This document shows positions 8,686 to 17,908 of a stretch of 52,113 bases of DNA, piece by piece (the first letter of the stretch is position 1; each line of letters opens with the position of its first letter). This DNA comes from Candidatus Woesearchaeota archaeon (GTDB taxonomy: Archaea; Nanobdellota; Nanobdellia; SCGC-AAA011-G17; GW2011-AR20): NCBI GenBank assembly GCA_018303005.1, contig JAGVYY010000001.1, positions 1 through 52,113 on the forward strand. The letters are read 5' to 3'. The position numbers were made by a program, and so were the translations under genes. The notes under the pieces are model-generated. The model had not been told where the DNA came from. It did not search any database and saw nothing but the letters and a program-made list of their open reading frames with translations.

Positions 8686-9840
8686 TCATTTTAATTTTTT
8701 GACGAATTTTTCCATTCTATCCATTGCTTTTTCGATCTTCTTTATGTCTGTTGCATAGCTGCATCTTATATATCCTTCGCCAAAATTCCCAAATTCTGAA
8801 CCAGGCATTACAGCAACCTTGGCTTCTTTAAGCAATTTGCTGGAGAAATCAAAGCTTTTCATGTTTAGATGTTTAATATTCGCGAATGCATAAAAAGCAC
8901 CCCCGGGCATCCTTGTTGTTAATCCAATTTCATTTAATCTTTTTACTATATACAACCTTCTTCTGTTATATTCTTTCCTCATTTTTTCTATATAACTCTT
9001 ATTGATTGACAGAGCTTTCAATGCCAGATGCTGCGACAATGTGCCTGATGTTAAGGTTACATAATGCAAACTTTTTGTTACTGCCTTGGCCAGATTTTCA
9101 GGAGCATGTAGATAGCCTATCCTGAAGCCGCACATTGCATAACTCTTAGAAAAAGACTGGATAGTTACAATATAATCTTCCATTCCATTTAATGATCCTA
9201 TTGATACATGCTTTTTGTCATAGACTAATTTTTCATATGCCTCATCACTGAAGATGTATATGTCATTCTCGACAGCTATATCAGCTATTTCCTCCAGGAC
9301 TTTCCTCTGCAATACATTTCCTGTAGGATTTGCAGGTGTATTTATTATTATGGCCTTTGTCTTTTGCTTGTTAACAGCTTCTTTTATTCTTTCCGGATTA
9401 ATCTCAAAATCATCTTTTTCTTCTAATTTTACATACACAGGGACTGCATTCAATAATTCTATTGCTGGAGTGTATGCAAGGTAAGATGGATTTGGCACAA
9501 TGACCTCTTCTCCCGGATCTAAAGAGCACATCAAAGAACTGAACATTGCTTCCTGGCTGCCCACTGTGACAATTATATTATCCGGGTCTGCGTTTATGCC
9601 ATTTTCTCTTCTCAGCTTTTTTGAAATCGCTTCCCTTAATTCCTTAATCCCCTGGATTGGTGCATAATGTGTTGATTTTTTTATCACTCTTGATGCATAG
9701 TCCAATATTGGTTTTGGGGTTATAAAATCTGGTTCACCAACACCTAATGAAAGAACATCCTTATCCTCTACAGCTATTTTTAAGAGCTTTCCTATCACAG
9801 CATCAGGCAACTGAGCTTCCCTTTCTGAGATATGCACCAT
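8686..9840 (-). CDS. PLP-dependent aminotransferase class I/II (aspartate aminotransferase-like)
   Basis: 384-aa ORF with the PLP-lysine motif SFSKSYAMCGFRIGY and NPTGNV upstream. Confidence 0.85.
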   Translation of the reverse strand: MVHISEREAQLPDAVIGKLLKIAVEDKDVLSLGVGEPDFITPKPILDYASRVIKKSTHYAPIQGIKELREAISKKLRRENGINADPDNIIVTVGSQEAMFSSLMCSLDPGEEVIVPNPSYLAYTPAIELLNAVPVYVKLEEKDDFEINPERIKEAVNKQKTKAIIINTPANPTGNVLQRKVLEEIADIAVENDIYIFSDEAYEKLVYDKKHVSIGSLNGMEDYIVTIQSFSKSYAMCGFRIGYLHAPENLAKAVTKSLHYVTLTSGTLSQHLALKALSINKSYIEKMRKEYNRRRLYIVKRLNEIGLTTRMPGGAFYAFANIKHLNMKSFDFSSKLLKEAKVAVMPGSEFGNFGEGYIRCSYATDIKKIEKAMDRMEKFVKKLK

Positions 9841-10037
9841 TTTTTTCTATAATTTTTATATGCTAACTATCTTTTAGTATTTAAGTTTATTCCTTATTAT
9901 TTTGTGCGATTATCTGAATTGTTATAAACTGAGATAAAGAATCTTGCGTTTCTTCAACAGACTTAATTAAGAAATTTAGATTAGACATTATTTATTGCTT
10001 ATCGTAAGGGTTGCACCAGCGCTTGAAATAGAAAGGC

Positions 10038-10045
10038 TTATATAA
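10038..10045 (+). promoter_or_regulatory. TATA box
   Basis: TTATATAA ends 22 nt before the ATG at 10067. Confidence 0.5.
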
Positions 10046-10066
10046 CTAACATAGTTTTGCAGAAAA

Positions 10067-11032
10067 ATGGACTCTGTATTAATTCATACAAGATTTTCCT
10101 CTAATAAAGTTGCACCATTTTTCGGAGAAAGAAAGAATCAATCTTTTGCAAGCCTGATTCAGCAAGGGAAGAAAAATGATTTAGATATTATCTTATCTGA
10201 TATGAGATTCTATAATAAAAATAAAAAGACTATCTGCACCGGCTGGATTTTTGAAGAAGGTAAATGGAAAAAAATAAAGAATAAAAATTTCAACCTTGTT
10301 TATTACAGAGGAAGGAACAAAGATTCTTTAAAATTTGCCAAGCTTGTGCAGAAACTAAAACATCCTCTAAGAAACCACTACATACTTGAGAATATCTGCA
10401 ATGACAAGATACTGACAAGCAGCATATTCCAAAGACTGATGCCAAAAACTTTCCTTATCAACAACCATTATGAACTGCAAAATTCACTTAAAAACATCAA
10501 GACTGAAAAAATTGTCCTTAAACCGAGATATGGTGCTTATGGCAAAGGAGTAATCATCATTGACAAAAAAGACCTGAGGAATGGCATAAAGAAAGATACT
10601 GTGTTACAGGAATTTATTGACTCTTCAAAAGGGATTGATGAATTAAAGATAAAAGGCTACCATGACCTGAGATGCATAATCATTGACGGAAAAATAGACC
10701 ATTGTTATCTGCGGATGCCAAAAAAAGAATGTCTTCTAGGCAACATGAGATATGGGGCAAAAAAAATACGTATAGACAATGATGACCTTCCAAATATAAT
10801 CAGAGAGAAGATAAGTTTCATTGATAAAAAAATGAAAGTATTTGACAATCGTGTTTATTCCGCTGATTTCCTGGTTGACCAAAACAGAAAACCTTGGCTG
10901 ATAGAACTAAACTCAAAACCTGGAACATTCTATTATGACAATGCATTAAGAATAAGGGAGAGATATCATTTTAACCTGACAAAGTCCATAAGAAACTACA
11001 TTGACAATATCAAGATTCAGCAAGTCTTTTAA
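10067..11032 (+). CDS. ATP-grasp family ligase (RimK/YheC-D-like)
   Basis: 321-aa ORF. LKPRYGAYGKGVIII, DLRCIIIDGK and WLIELNSKPG fit the ATP-grasp fold pattern. Confidence 0.6.
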   Translation: MDSVLIHTRFSSNKVAPFFGERKNQSFASLIQQGKKNDLDIILSDMRFYNKNKKTICTGWIFEEGKWKKIKNKNFNLVYYRGRNKDSLKFAKLVQKLKHPLRNHYILENICNDKILTSSIFQRLMPKTFLINNHYELQNSLKNIKTEKIVLKPRYGAYGKGVIIIDKKDLRNGIKKDTVLQEFIDSSKGIDELKIKGYHDLRCIIIDGKIDHCYLRMPKKECLLGNMRYGAKKIRIDNDDLPNIIREKISFIDKKMKVFDNRVYSADFLVDQNRKPWLIELNSKPGTFYYDNALRIRERYHFNLTKSIRNYIDNIKIQQVF

Positions 11033-11054
11033 ATAATCTCTGTATTCTTGTACT

Positions 11055-11513
11055 ATGACAAAAACAGTCTCGAAGGATATACCTTTGGCAGAGATTACAC
11101 TAAGGAAGTATGAAAGGCCATATAACCAGTCTGATAGAGAACTAACAAGAAAACTGTGCCTGAGCATAGGGTTGTTGCAGCCAGGAGATTCCAGGGATGT
11201 AATAGTTGATATTCTGCATATACTTATAAAATCTGACAGTCTTTTGAGCTCTGAGGATATAAAGAACTTTGTTATAGATCACAGAAAGAAAGAGAATCTG
11301 CCTTTGAAAGGGATTGCATCCTCAAATATAAGAAGGCAGCTAAAGAGATTAAAAGACATGTTCTTGATTGAGAATATAAACAACAATTATAGAATAAGCG
11401 AAAATGAAAGGCTTATAAAGATATTTGAAGAGAAGATACAAAATTATTATCTGAACAGCATACTAGAAAGGGTAAAGGAATATTTCAATGCTTTAGACAA
11501 AAATGATAAATGA
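11055..11513 (+). CDS. hypothetical protein (possible winged-helix DNA-binding)
   Basis: 152-aa ORF with no antisense competitor of similar length. No motif I can name with certainty. Confidence 0.3.
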   Translation: MTKTVSKDIPLAEITLRKYERPYNQSDRELTRKLCLSIGLLQPGDSRDVIVDILHILIKSDSLLSSEDIKNFVIDHRKKENLPLKGIASSNIRRQLKRLKDMFLIENINNNYRISENERLIKIFEEKIQNYYLNSILERVKEYFNALDKNDK

Positions 11514-11566
11514 CCTGAACTTTAAAGAATATTCTTTGTGTGATGTAGAAGGCTAAGCAGAGTAAA

Positions 11567-12085
11567 ATGATATATGATCCTGCAGAAGATTCATTCTTGT
11601 TATTGAAGTACATAAAAAGATATGCCAATGGGAAAGTCTTGGATTTAGGAACAGGATCAGGTGTATTAGCTGAAGAGGCCTTGAAATACACTAATGATGT
11701 ATTGGCTGCTGATATTGATCAGGATGCTGTAGATTTCTGCAATAGGAAAGGCATCAAGGCCATAAGATCAGATTTATTCTCTGATATAAATGGAAAATTT
11801 GACCTGATAATATTTAATCCACCTTATCTGCCTGATGAGGAATGTGAAAATCCTGAAATCAGGAGAGTTGTTTCTGGTGGGAAGAATGGGTATGAAATCA
11901 TTGAGAAATTCCTAAAAAATTCAAGAGAGTTCTTAAATGAAAAAGGTAAAATATTACTTTTGTTCAGCTCTTTAACAATGAAAAGCAAGATAGATGACCT
12001 GATTGTTCAAAACAGTTTTAAATCTAGAATGCTTGAGACAAAAAACCTGTTCTTTGAAAAATTATATGTGTATATTATCTATTAG
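11567..12085 (+). CDS. HemK/PrmC/Mtq2-like N5-glutamine methyltransferase
   Basis: 172-aa ORF with SAM motif VLDLGTGSGVLA and the catalytic NPPY (IIFNPPYLP). Confidence 0.7.
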   Translation: MIYDPAEDSFLLLKYIKRYANGKVLDLGTGSGVLAEEALKYTNDVLAADIDQDAVDFCNRKGIKAIRSDLFSDINGKFDLIIFNPPYLPDEECENPEIRRVVSGGKNGYEIIEKFLKNSREFLNEKGKILLLFSSLTMKSKIDDLIVQNSFKSRMLETKNLFFEKLYVYIIY

Positions 12086-12135
12086 TTAAATATATATCAG
12101 TTAAATATAAAAATCAGTTTAACTGAGATAATTGC

Positions 12136-12624
12136 ATGATCAAGATTCTAAAAGATTTTAATAGCTTGTTGTATCAAGACATCATAAGAAGGAACAAGAT
12201 GACACCTTTCATTATTTTTGCCTTTTTCCTGCTGTCTTTCAGCACTGCCAGAATTATCAGCGTGAACTTTCCGACACTAAACATTTTTGTAGGGGATTAT
12301 CATATTCACCATTTTTATTATGGATTTGCACTGCTGATTATAAGCAACTGGATAGCTTTGGTTACTAACAAAAGTTCTATGTTCAAACTGGCAGCAGGCA
12401 TATTTGGTTTTGGTCTTGGTCTGATTGTGGACGAGATCGGTTTATTGCTGACATGTGGAACATCCGGATTAAACTGCGATTACAGAGCTAGGATTAGCTA
12501 TGACACATTCATGATAATAATCTTTATATTTTTGGCTGTGTTATATTCTGAACCATTCATCAACATATTAAAAAAGACGAAAAACATGAGTTTTGGTAAA
12601 AATGAGAGAGATAAAAACAAATGA
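12136..12624 (+). CDS. integral membrane protein
   Basis: 162-aa ORF with about 4 hydrophobic helices. Confidence 0.4.
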   Translation: MIKILKDFNSLLYQDIIRRNKMTPFIIFAFFLLSFSTARIISVNFPTLNIFVGDYHIHHFYYGFALLIISNWIALVTNKSSMFKLAAGIFGFGLGLIVDEIGLLLTCGTSGLNCDYRARISYDTFMIIIFIFLAVLYSEPFINILKKTKNMSFGKNERDKNK

Positions 12625-13306
12625 TGGGAGTATAACCTTCTTGAACGAGGATATTAATGAGTTTTATAACCCTCTGACTGGCGCAATTGACAGAGCCTTC
12701 AATGCTTACATAAACAAGATTGACTATTCTAATAAGAATGAACTAAAGGTACTTGACATTGGTTTTGGGTTAGGATATAACAGCTTATGCCTTACATATG
12801 AATGCTTAAAGAGGAACATAAATGTTGAGATTGTCGCTGTTGACAAAGACATTGGTGCAATAAACATGATTCCAAGATTAAACATTCCTGATTATCTTGT
12901 TTACAGCCATAGCCTTTTGCTTGAGGGCATTAAATCAAAAAGAACAGAGCATAAAAATTTCAGATTCAGGCTGGAAACAGGAAATATTTTAGACATAGCT
13001 GACAAGCTGAAAGAAAAATTTGATATTATTATTTTAGACCCTTTTTCATACAGCAAGAACAAAGAGATGTACAGCAGTAATCTATTGATTAAATTGAAAA
13101 AACTGTTTAATAAGTATGGTTTTCTTATATGTTACAACAGCAATCCTGTTTTTGTGAGCAATTTATTAGAAAACAGCTTTTTTATCAAGAAATACGAGAT
13201 AAGCAAGCATGAGCATGGTATTATGGCAAGCCCTTTCTTGAAATTTGAACTAGATGATAGCAGCAAAAAATTAGCCAGAGCTTTTGGCAAAGATATTAAT
13301 CCTTAA
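12593..13306 (+). CDS. SAM-dependent methyltransferase, MnmC C-terminal/DUF752-like; probable start ATG at 12602
   Basis: 237-aa ORF. TNDGSITFLNEDINEFYNPLTGA and VLDIGFGLGYNSL resemble MnmC-type tRNA U34 methyltransferase domains. Confidence 0.5.
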   Translation: MVKMREIKTNDGSITFLNEDINEFYNPLTGAIDRAFNAYINKIDYSNKNELKVLDIGFGLGYNSLCLTYECLKRNINVEIVAVDKDIGAINMIPRLNIPDYLVYSHSLLLEGIKSKRTEHKNFRFRLETGNILDIADKLKEKFDIIILDPFSYSKNKEMYSSNLLIKLKKLFNKYGFLICYNSNPVFVSNLLENSFFIKKYEISKHEHGIMASPFLKFELDDSSKKLARAFGKDINP

Positions 13307-14117
13307 ATAAATCCTTGTCTCTTTTCCATTCAACATTTAATGCATTTAACTTGTTAATCAAATGTTCTCTTTGTTCTGATTTAAGGGATTTCCATTCTAT
13401 AACTGCAAACTCCGGCTTTGGCATTGTCTTGTTTAGTATCTGTTCTATCAGATCTTCGGTAAGAGAATCTACTGAATGTTTCGGGCAGATATAACCTACA
13501 GAGAAATTTGTCCTTTTAATTATCTTAACTGCCAGCTGAGAATAATGAGTTCCCCCAAATACTGTTAAGCTCTTTTCGTTAACTATCTTTCGTGTCAGTA
13601 CATTAACAATTGTTTTTGCCAGGACTTCTCCTGCTCTATTGTTCTTCCATTGCTTTTCTGATGACCCAATCTCGATGAACAAGCATGGCTTTTTGTTGTA
13701 TGGACCGTGATGTGTCACTTCTACAGTTGTTTCATAACCTAAATTATTGTTCTTTTCAAGTTCCAAGAATAATTCTTTTATATAGATTGCATTTACAGGA
13801 ACTAGTGTATTGTCGAGGCCCCCTAACTCTGCCTTTTTCCAGTTTCCTATGGAATGGACTGAAAGAGAATTCACCTGCTTTTCGCTTCTATGCGTGCTTA
13901 CAAAAACAAACAAGTCTGCGTTTATTTTATTATGTAGGTTTTCTGATTTTATGTGCAGCTCATTTATCGTGTACAGATATATTGATTTGTCATTTACCAA
14001 TGCATAAACAGGATTGTTTTCAAATTGGGCTGTTTCTTCAAAAGTGTATAGACTAAGAAGATTATCCTTTACATTATTGCCTACAGGACATGATTTAGAT
14101 GTGATTATTGCAATCAT
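13296..14117 (-). CDS. dtdA: D-aminoacyl-tRNA deacylase, archaeal type (DTD2)
   Basis: 273-aa ORF. The size and the patterns VSTHRSEKQVNSLSVHSIGNW...AELGG and EVTHHGP match archaeal DtdA. Confidence 0.7.
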   Translation of the reverse strand: MIAIITSKSCPVGNNVKDNLLSLYTFEETAQFENNPVYALVNDKSIYLYTINELHIKSENLHNKINADLFVFVSTHRSEKQVNSLSVHSIGNWKKAELGGLDNTLVPVNAIYIKELFLELEKNNNLGYETTVEVTHHGPYNKKPCLFIEIGSSEKQWKNNRAGEVLAKTIVNVLTRKIVNEKSLTVFGGTHYSQLAVKIIKRTNFSVGYICPKHSVDSLTEDLIEQILNKTMPKPEFAVIEWKSLKSEQREHLINKLNALNVEWKRDKDLFKD

Positions 14118-14152
14118 CTGCTTTCCTTATGTTCAGGTATATAAAAATGTTG

Positions 14153-14476
14153 TTACCTATATAACAATCCTGTAAAGAAATCTATCTGATCTAACCTATA
14201 CAGAGTGAACATTACTGTCATTAGCAAGACCAAGACCAATAATCCTAGAATAACTCCCAGGTAGAAATTCATCGTCAGCCATTTTCTGGTGTGTTTTTGT
14301 TCATTAAGCTGCTTCAACTGCAGCTCTTCTGACCAGCTTATCCTGTATTTCTCACCGTCATTATCCACCTTATATTTTTTACCGCCTTCTTCCATATATT
14401 TCAGTTCAGCCATGAAAGTTATAATAAAATGTTGTTTTATAAGGTTTTTTATTATAGAATAGTAAATATACAACAT
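14153..14476 (-). CDS. small membrane protein, hypothetical
   Basis: 107-aa ORF with a C-terminal TM helix (FYLGVILGLLVLVLLMTVMF). Confidence 0.3.
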   Translation of the reverse strand: MLYIYYSIIKNLIKQHFIITFMAELKYMEEGGKKYKVDNDGEKYRISWSEELQLKQLNEQKHTRKWLTMNFYLGVILGLLVLVLLMTVMFTLYRLDQIDFFTGLLYR

Positions 14477-15022
14477 AATGGTTTAAGTAATGTTTTTAAA
14501 TATAAGCTGTTTTTTTATCTTATGTTAGGATTATTAGCTTTTCTAGGTCTGATCTTTGGTTTTATAGTTGCTTATGCCTCGAAAGAAGAACTGATATCTG
14601 GAAAGAAATATCTTGACTTTACTGAAATGTTTATATTAGTTTTGTTAACAGTTGTAACTCTTTTTTTTAATTCAAGCTATTCTATACTAATAGGTGTTGT
14701 AATTGGTTTTTTGCTTCATGCTTTTCTGGTGAAAAATATTTATTTTTATTTTGGGCTTCTATTAACTGTAAACAGCTTTTTAAATTTTAATATCCTGCTT
14801 TTTTACATATTTGCCATATTCTTATTCGGCTTAGCTTATGGCAGAAGACTTGTTAATATTAAGAAAACTGAATTCCTCAGCAAGGTTCTTACCATGTTCA
14901 TTGGATTTATACTGCCTTTTTTTTTATTTTTTATAAGGGAAGCTATATTTAAATATGACATAATCTTCAATGGAATTTTTATAGGAGCATCTTTACATGT
15001 TATTGGAAAAAATTATAGATGA
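14429..15022 (+). CDS. integral membrane protein (start probably downstream, e.g. ATG near 14522)
   Basis: 197-aa ORF, highly hydrophobic. Its 5' end overlaps the opposite-strand ORF. Confidence 0.4.
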   Translation: MLFYKVFYYRIVNIQHNGLSNVFKYKLFFYLMLGLLAFLGLIFGFIVAYASKEELISGKKYLDFTEMFILVLLTVVTLFFNSSYSILIGVVIGFLLHAFLVKNIYFYFGLLLTVNSFLNFNILLFYIFAIFLFGLAYGRRLVNIKKTEFLSKVLTMFIGFILPFFLFFIREAIFKYDIIFNGIFIGASLHVIGKNYR

Positions 15023-15713
15023 GATAAAAAGAAAGAAAGAACTTAAAGATTTGGACAATGAATTCATTAAAAGAAGGATTAACATTTACCTTCTGAAAAA
15101 CAAGATTTACCTTGATGAGGACGATGTCAACAGAAGAAGCAAAAAATATATGGGGCTGTTTAAGGCTATGAGGAAAGAGCTGAGAATCATATATGGCGCT
15201 TTTCGAGATGTAAATGAGAAAAGAGCTTCCAAGATCTATGAAGAAATATTTTCTCTTGTCGGTAAGTTTGACAGGCTGCTTGATCTTGGATCAGGATTGA
15301 ATCCTATGTATTATGCTAAATTAAATAAAGAGGCAGAATATTACTGCTGTGACATAAACAACCAGGAGATAAAGGCTTTAAACAGGTATTTTAGAAGAAA
15401 TAAAATAATCGGCGAGGCTTTTGTATTTGACCTTGTCTATGATGACCTTAGCCTTTTGCCGAAAGCAGACGTAATATTTTTGTTCAGGGTCCTAGAATCA
15501 CTGGAATATTATGAGAGGAACATAAGCAAAAGAATACTGGAAAACTTAAATAGTAAGATTATTGTTGTGAGCTTTGCAAAGAATGTCTTAAGCAATAGGG
15601 GGAATATAAGAAGAAAGGGAAGGATATGGTTCAGGAGAATACTGAAGAGGCTAAATTACAGATATAAGGATTACGACATAGGAGATGAAATATTTCTTGT
15701 AATCCGCAAATAA
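14997..15713 (+). CDS. SAM-dependent methyltransferase, FmrO/Rmt (16S rRNA m7G1405)-family-like
   Basis: 238-aa ORF with an N-terminal helical region followed by LLDLGSGLNPMYY, which resembles the DL(A/G)CG(L/F)NPL motif of ArmA/Rmt/FmrO enzymes. Confidence 0.45.
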   Translation: MLLEKIIDEIKRKKELKDLDNEFIKRRINIYLLKNKIYLDEDDVNRRSKKYMGLFKAMRKELRIIYGAFRDVNEKRASKIYEEIFSLVGKFDRLLDLGSGLNPMYYAKLNKEAEYYCCDINNQEIKALNRYFRRNKIIGEAFVFDLVYDDLSLLPKADVIFLFRVLESLEYYERNISKRILENLNSKIIVVSFAKNVLSNRGNIRRKGRIWFRRILKRLNYRYKDYDIGDEIFLVIRK

Positions 15714-15742
15714 TTTAAATCATTGTTTCAATTTTATTCATT

Positions 15743-16042
15743 ATGGAAATGATTGAAACAAAAGCATTAAAGAAAAAGCTGTATGAAACCTACATAATTG
15801 ATGTTAGAGAGAATGATGAATATGAGCAAGGCCATATAAAAAATGCCCTGAACATCCCATTAGGCAGATTAATCAGGGATAATGGATCAGGAATACCTCA
15901 TGATAAAGATGTTGTTGTTTACTGCAGAAGCGGCCATAGATCCGGGATTGCTGCTCAATTTCTGGAAAATATTGGTTTCAGGAACGTCAAGAATCTTTAT
16001 GGTGGTTACAAAATGTGGCAATCTGCTGAAAAGGGTGATTAA
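15743..16042 (+). CDS. rhodanese-domain sulfurtransferase
   Basis: 99-aa ORF with the active-site loop VVVYCRSGHRSGIAA. Confidence 0.85.
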   Translation: MEMIETKALKKKLYETYIIDVRENDEYEQGHIKNALNIPLGRLIRDNGSGIPHDKDVVVYCRSGHRSGIAAQFLENIGFRNVKNLYGGYKMWQSAEKGD

Positions 16043-16768
16043 ATGGCATTATACCTGATAGGCATTGGCCTTGATGAGAAAGATATTAGCTTAAAGGCGT
16101 TGGATGCTGTAAAAAAATGCAAATACCTGTACATTGACTGTTACACTTCTCTTGGCACAGACATAAAGACTTTAGAAAAAATGTTTAACAAAAAAATAAT
16201 CGAAGCTGACAGAGAAATGCTGGAAAATAAATCAAATGAGATTATTGAAAAAGCAAGAAAAGAGAATGTCGCTGTTTTAGTTTACGGTGATTGCCTGAGT
16301 GCAACAACACATATATCTCTTGTTCAGGAATCTGAAAAGTTAAATATCAAACATGAAGTCATACATGGAATTTCAATACTGACAAGTATAAGCGAAACAG
16401 GATTAAGCTTGTATAATTTTGGAAAAACTGCTTCCATACCTTTTAACAATAAGAATGTCAAAGTTGCTTATGATATTTTAAAAAATAACCAGAAATCTGG
16501 GATGCATACGTTATTCTTGCTAGATTTAAATCCTGAAAAGAAGATGTTTCTGACTATAAAAGAAGCAATTGTATACCTGACTGGTAATGGTATGGATATA
16601 AATCAATTGGTTGTCGGCTGTGCAAGACTTGGAAGAAAAGATAGTATGATAAAGAGTGAAAAGGCTGAATCAATAAAAAACATAGAATTTGGAAAACCAC
16701 CTTACTGCCTTATTGTTCCTGGAAAAATGCACTTCATGGAAGAAGAGTTCTTGGAAAGATTCAAGTAG
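16043..16768 (+). CDS. dphB: diphthine synthase
   Basis: 241-aa ORF MALYLIGIGLDEKDISLKALDAVKKCKYLYIDCYTS..., a tetrapyrrole-methylase fold typical of DphB. Its start abuts the rhodanese stop. Confidence 0.9.
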   Translation: MALYLIGIGLDEKDISLKALDAVKKCKYLYIDCYTSLGTDIKTLEKMFNKKIIEADREMLENKSNEIIEKARKENVAVLVYGDCLSATTHISLVQESEKLNIKHEVIHGISILTSISETGLSLYNFGKTASIPFNNKNVKVAYDILKNNQKSGMHTLFLLDLNPEKKMFLTIKEAIVYLTGNGMDINQLVVGCARLGRKDSMIKSEKAESIKNIEFGKPPYCLIVPGKMHFMEEEFLERFK

Positions 16769-16944
16769 AAACCAGAGAAAGAATTTTCAGCATTTTAAGG
16801 AATTTTATTATCTTATATGCCATGATTATCATTCTTGTGATAATGTCTTTGTCATTTGTGTTATATCTTATATAAGATTCTGACTTTGATGTCTTGATAA
16901 AAAGATTAATAAATAAGATAATAACTTCTGTTCTGTTAACAAAA

Positions 16945-17076
16945 ATGGAACAGATTAGTAATCACTCGTCATTTGGGCTGCTACTAGCTTTTGCCGCACC
17001 TGTTCTTGGTATTTTGTACCAGGTAGGCATACTCAGTCGTATAATCAAGAGTTTAAGGAACATCTTTGGCAAATGA
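16945..17076 (+). CDS. possible 43-aa membrane peptide
   Basis: The ATG at 16945 lies inside the 16894..17076 ORF. Hydrophobic core is FGLLLAFAAPVLGILYQVGIL. No other support. Confidence 0.2.
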   Translation: MEQISNHSSFGLLLAFAAPVLGILYQVGILSRIIKSLRNIFGK

Positions 17077-17152
17077 TTTGTCAGTATTAACTTAAGGAAG
17101 AAAGATAAAGAGATATTTTATTTTCCACTTTAGGAAATACTGTATCAACCAA

Positions 17153-17164
17153 TATATTTAAAAA
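17153..17164 (+). promoter_or_regulatory. TATA-like box upstream of tRNA-Leu
   Basis: TATATTTAAAAA ends about 25 nt before the first tRNA nucleotide (17189). Confidence 0.45.
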
Positions 17165-17188
17165 GAAGCCATGTCTTTTAAGACTTAT

Positions 17189-17446
17189 GCGGAGATGCCG
17201 GAGATGCCATTGCAACCGGAATCTGGAAACTAGAATGTGCAAACATTTTAGACAGTCAACGGGCAGGTAAGCTATCAGATTAGCTTTGCTAAACTCAGAG
17301 CTTTGTTAAACTTAAGTACAGACTCTTTTCCAGTATTGCTACAAAATGAGAAAAGGGCGATGCTGAGAAATCCTGTGGCTTAGTGCCTACGCAGGAATCT
17401 TCGAGAGAAAACCTCAAGATTGCGAATTCAAATCCTGTTCTCCGCA
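17189..17446 (+). tRNA. tRNA-Leu(CAG), class II, interrupted by five putative BHB introns (mature length 85 nt)
   Basis: Acceptor GCGGAGA (17189-95) pairs with TCTCCGC (17439-45), with discriminator A.

Proposed introns:
- 17204-17221
- 17229-17257
- 17268-17292
- 17300-17369
- 17396-17426

Removing them gives GCGGAGA TG CCG GAGTCTGGAAAA CGG G CAGGA CTCAGAA TCCTG TGGCTTAGTGCCTAC GCAGG TTCAAAT CCTGT TCTCCGC A. The product has T8, A14, G15-C48, G18G19, U33, A37, a TTCAAAT T-loop and a long variable arm. Confidence 0.75.
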
Positions 17447-17468
17447 TTATTATATCAAAAGTTGGAAG

Positions 17469-17858
17469 ATGAATAAAATGGTGAATAATGAAGAATATGA
17501 ATCGATTTTTGTCTATGCGCTAGATGATAAAGACAATCAACCTTTAAAAGAAGCTTTAAGAAGTAAATTAGAATGTTCCTGTATTGAGAATACTTCTACA
17601 GATCATGAAACTGGAGTAATGATAAGAACCCAAGGTGATGATCTAATAAAAATCATAAATGATTTGGATTCTATAAAGATTCCCAACTGCATATTTGTAG
17701 GTGCTAAAAAAGCGTTATCTTATGAAGAATTGGAAAAACGAAGAGAATTTTATAAAAGTATTCCTGAGATGAAGGCTTCATTAAAAAAAGCCAGTGAATA
17801 CATAAAGGACATTGTTAGCAGGTTCCCAAAAGGGGAAAGTGCAAGGTCAAATATTTAG
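17469..17858 (+). CDS. hypothetical protein
   Basis: 129-aa ORF between the two tRNA genes, with no recognisable motif. Confidence 0.3.
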   Translation: MNKMVNNEEYESIFVYALDDKDNQPLKEALRSKLECSCIENTSTDHETGVMIRTQGDDLIKIINDLDSIKIPNCIFVGAKKALSYEELEKRREFYKSIPEMKASLKKASEYIKDIVSRFPKGESARSNI

Positions 17859-17908
17859 CCAATAGAAATTCTTATAACCCCTTTAATTTTAAATTCTTTT
17901 TATAATAT

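Noticed and set aside
17191-17208. Tandem 9-nt duplication GGAGATGCC GGAGATGCC as a microsatellite or repeat element
   Set aside because: It is explained by the tRNA-Leu architecture. The first copy is the acceptor and D-stem. The second spans the last D-arm exon bases and the start of the first D-loop intron.
17189-17446. SRP (7S) RNA, RNase P RNA, or a pair of split tRNA halves
   Set aside because: No SRP helix-8 or RNase P CR-I/CR-V consensus strings are present. The ends form a 7-bp acceptor stem with a T-arm, and the interior resolves completely into a tRNA-Leu cloverleaf once BHB-bounded segments are removed.
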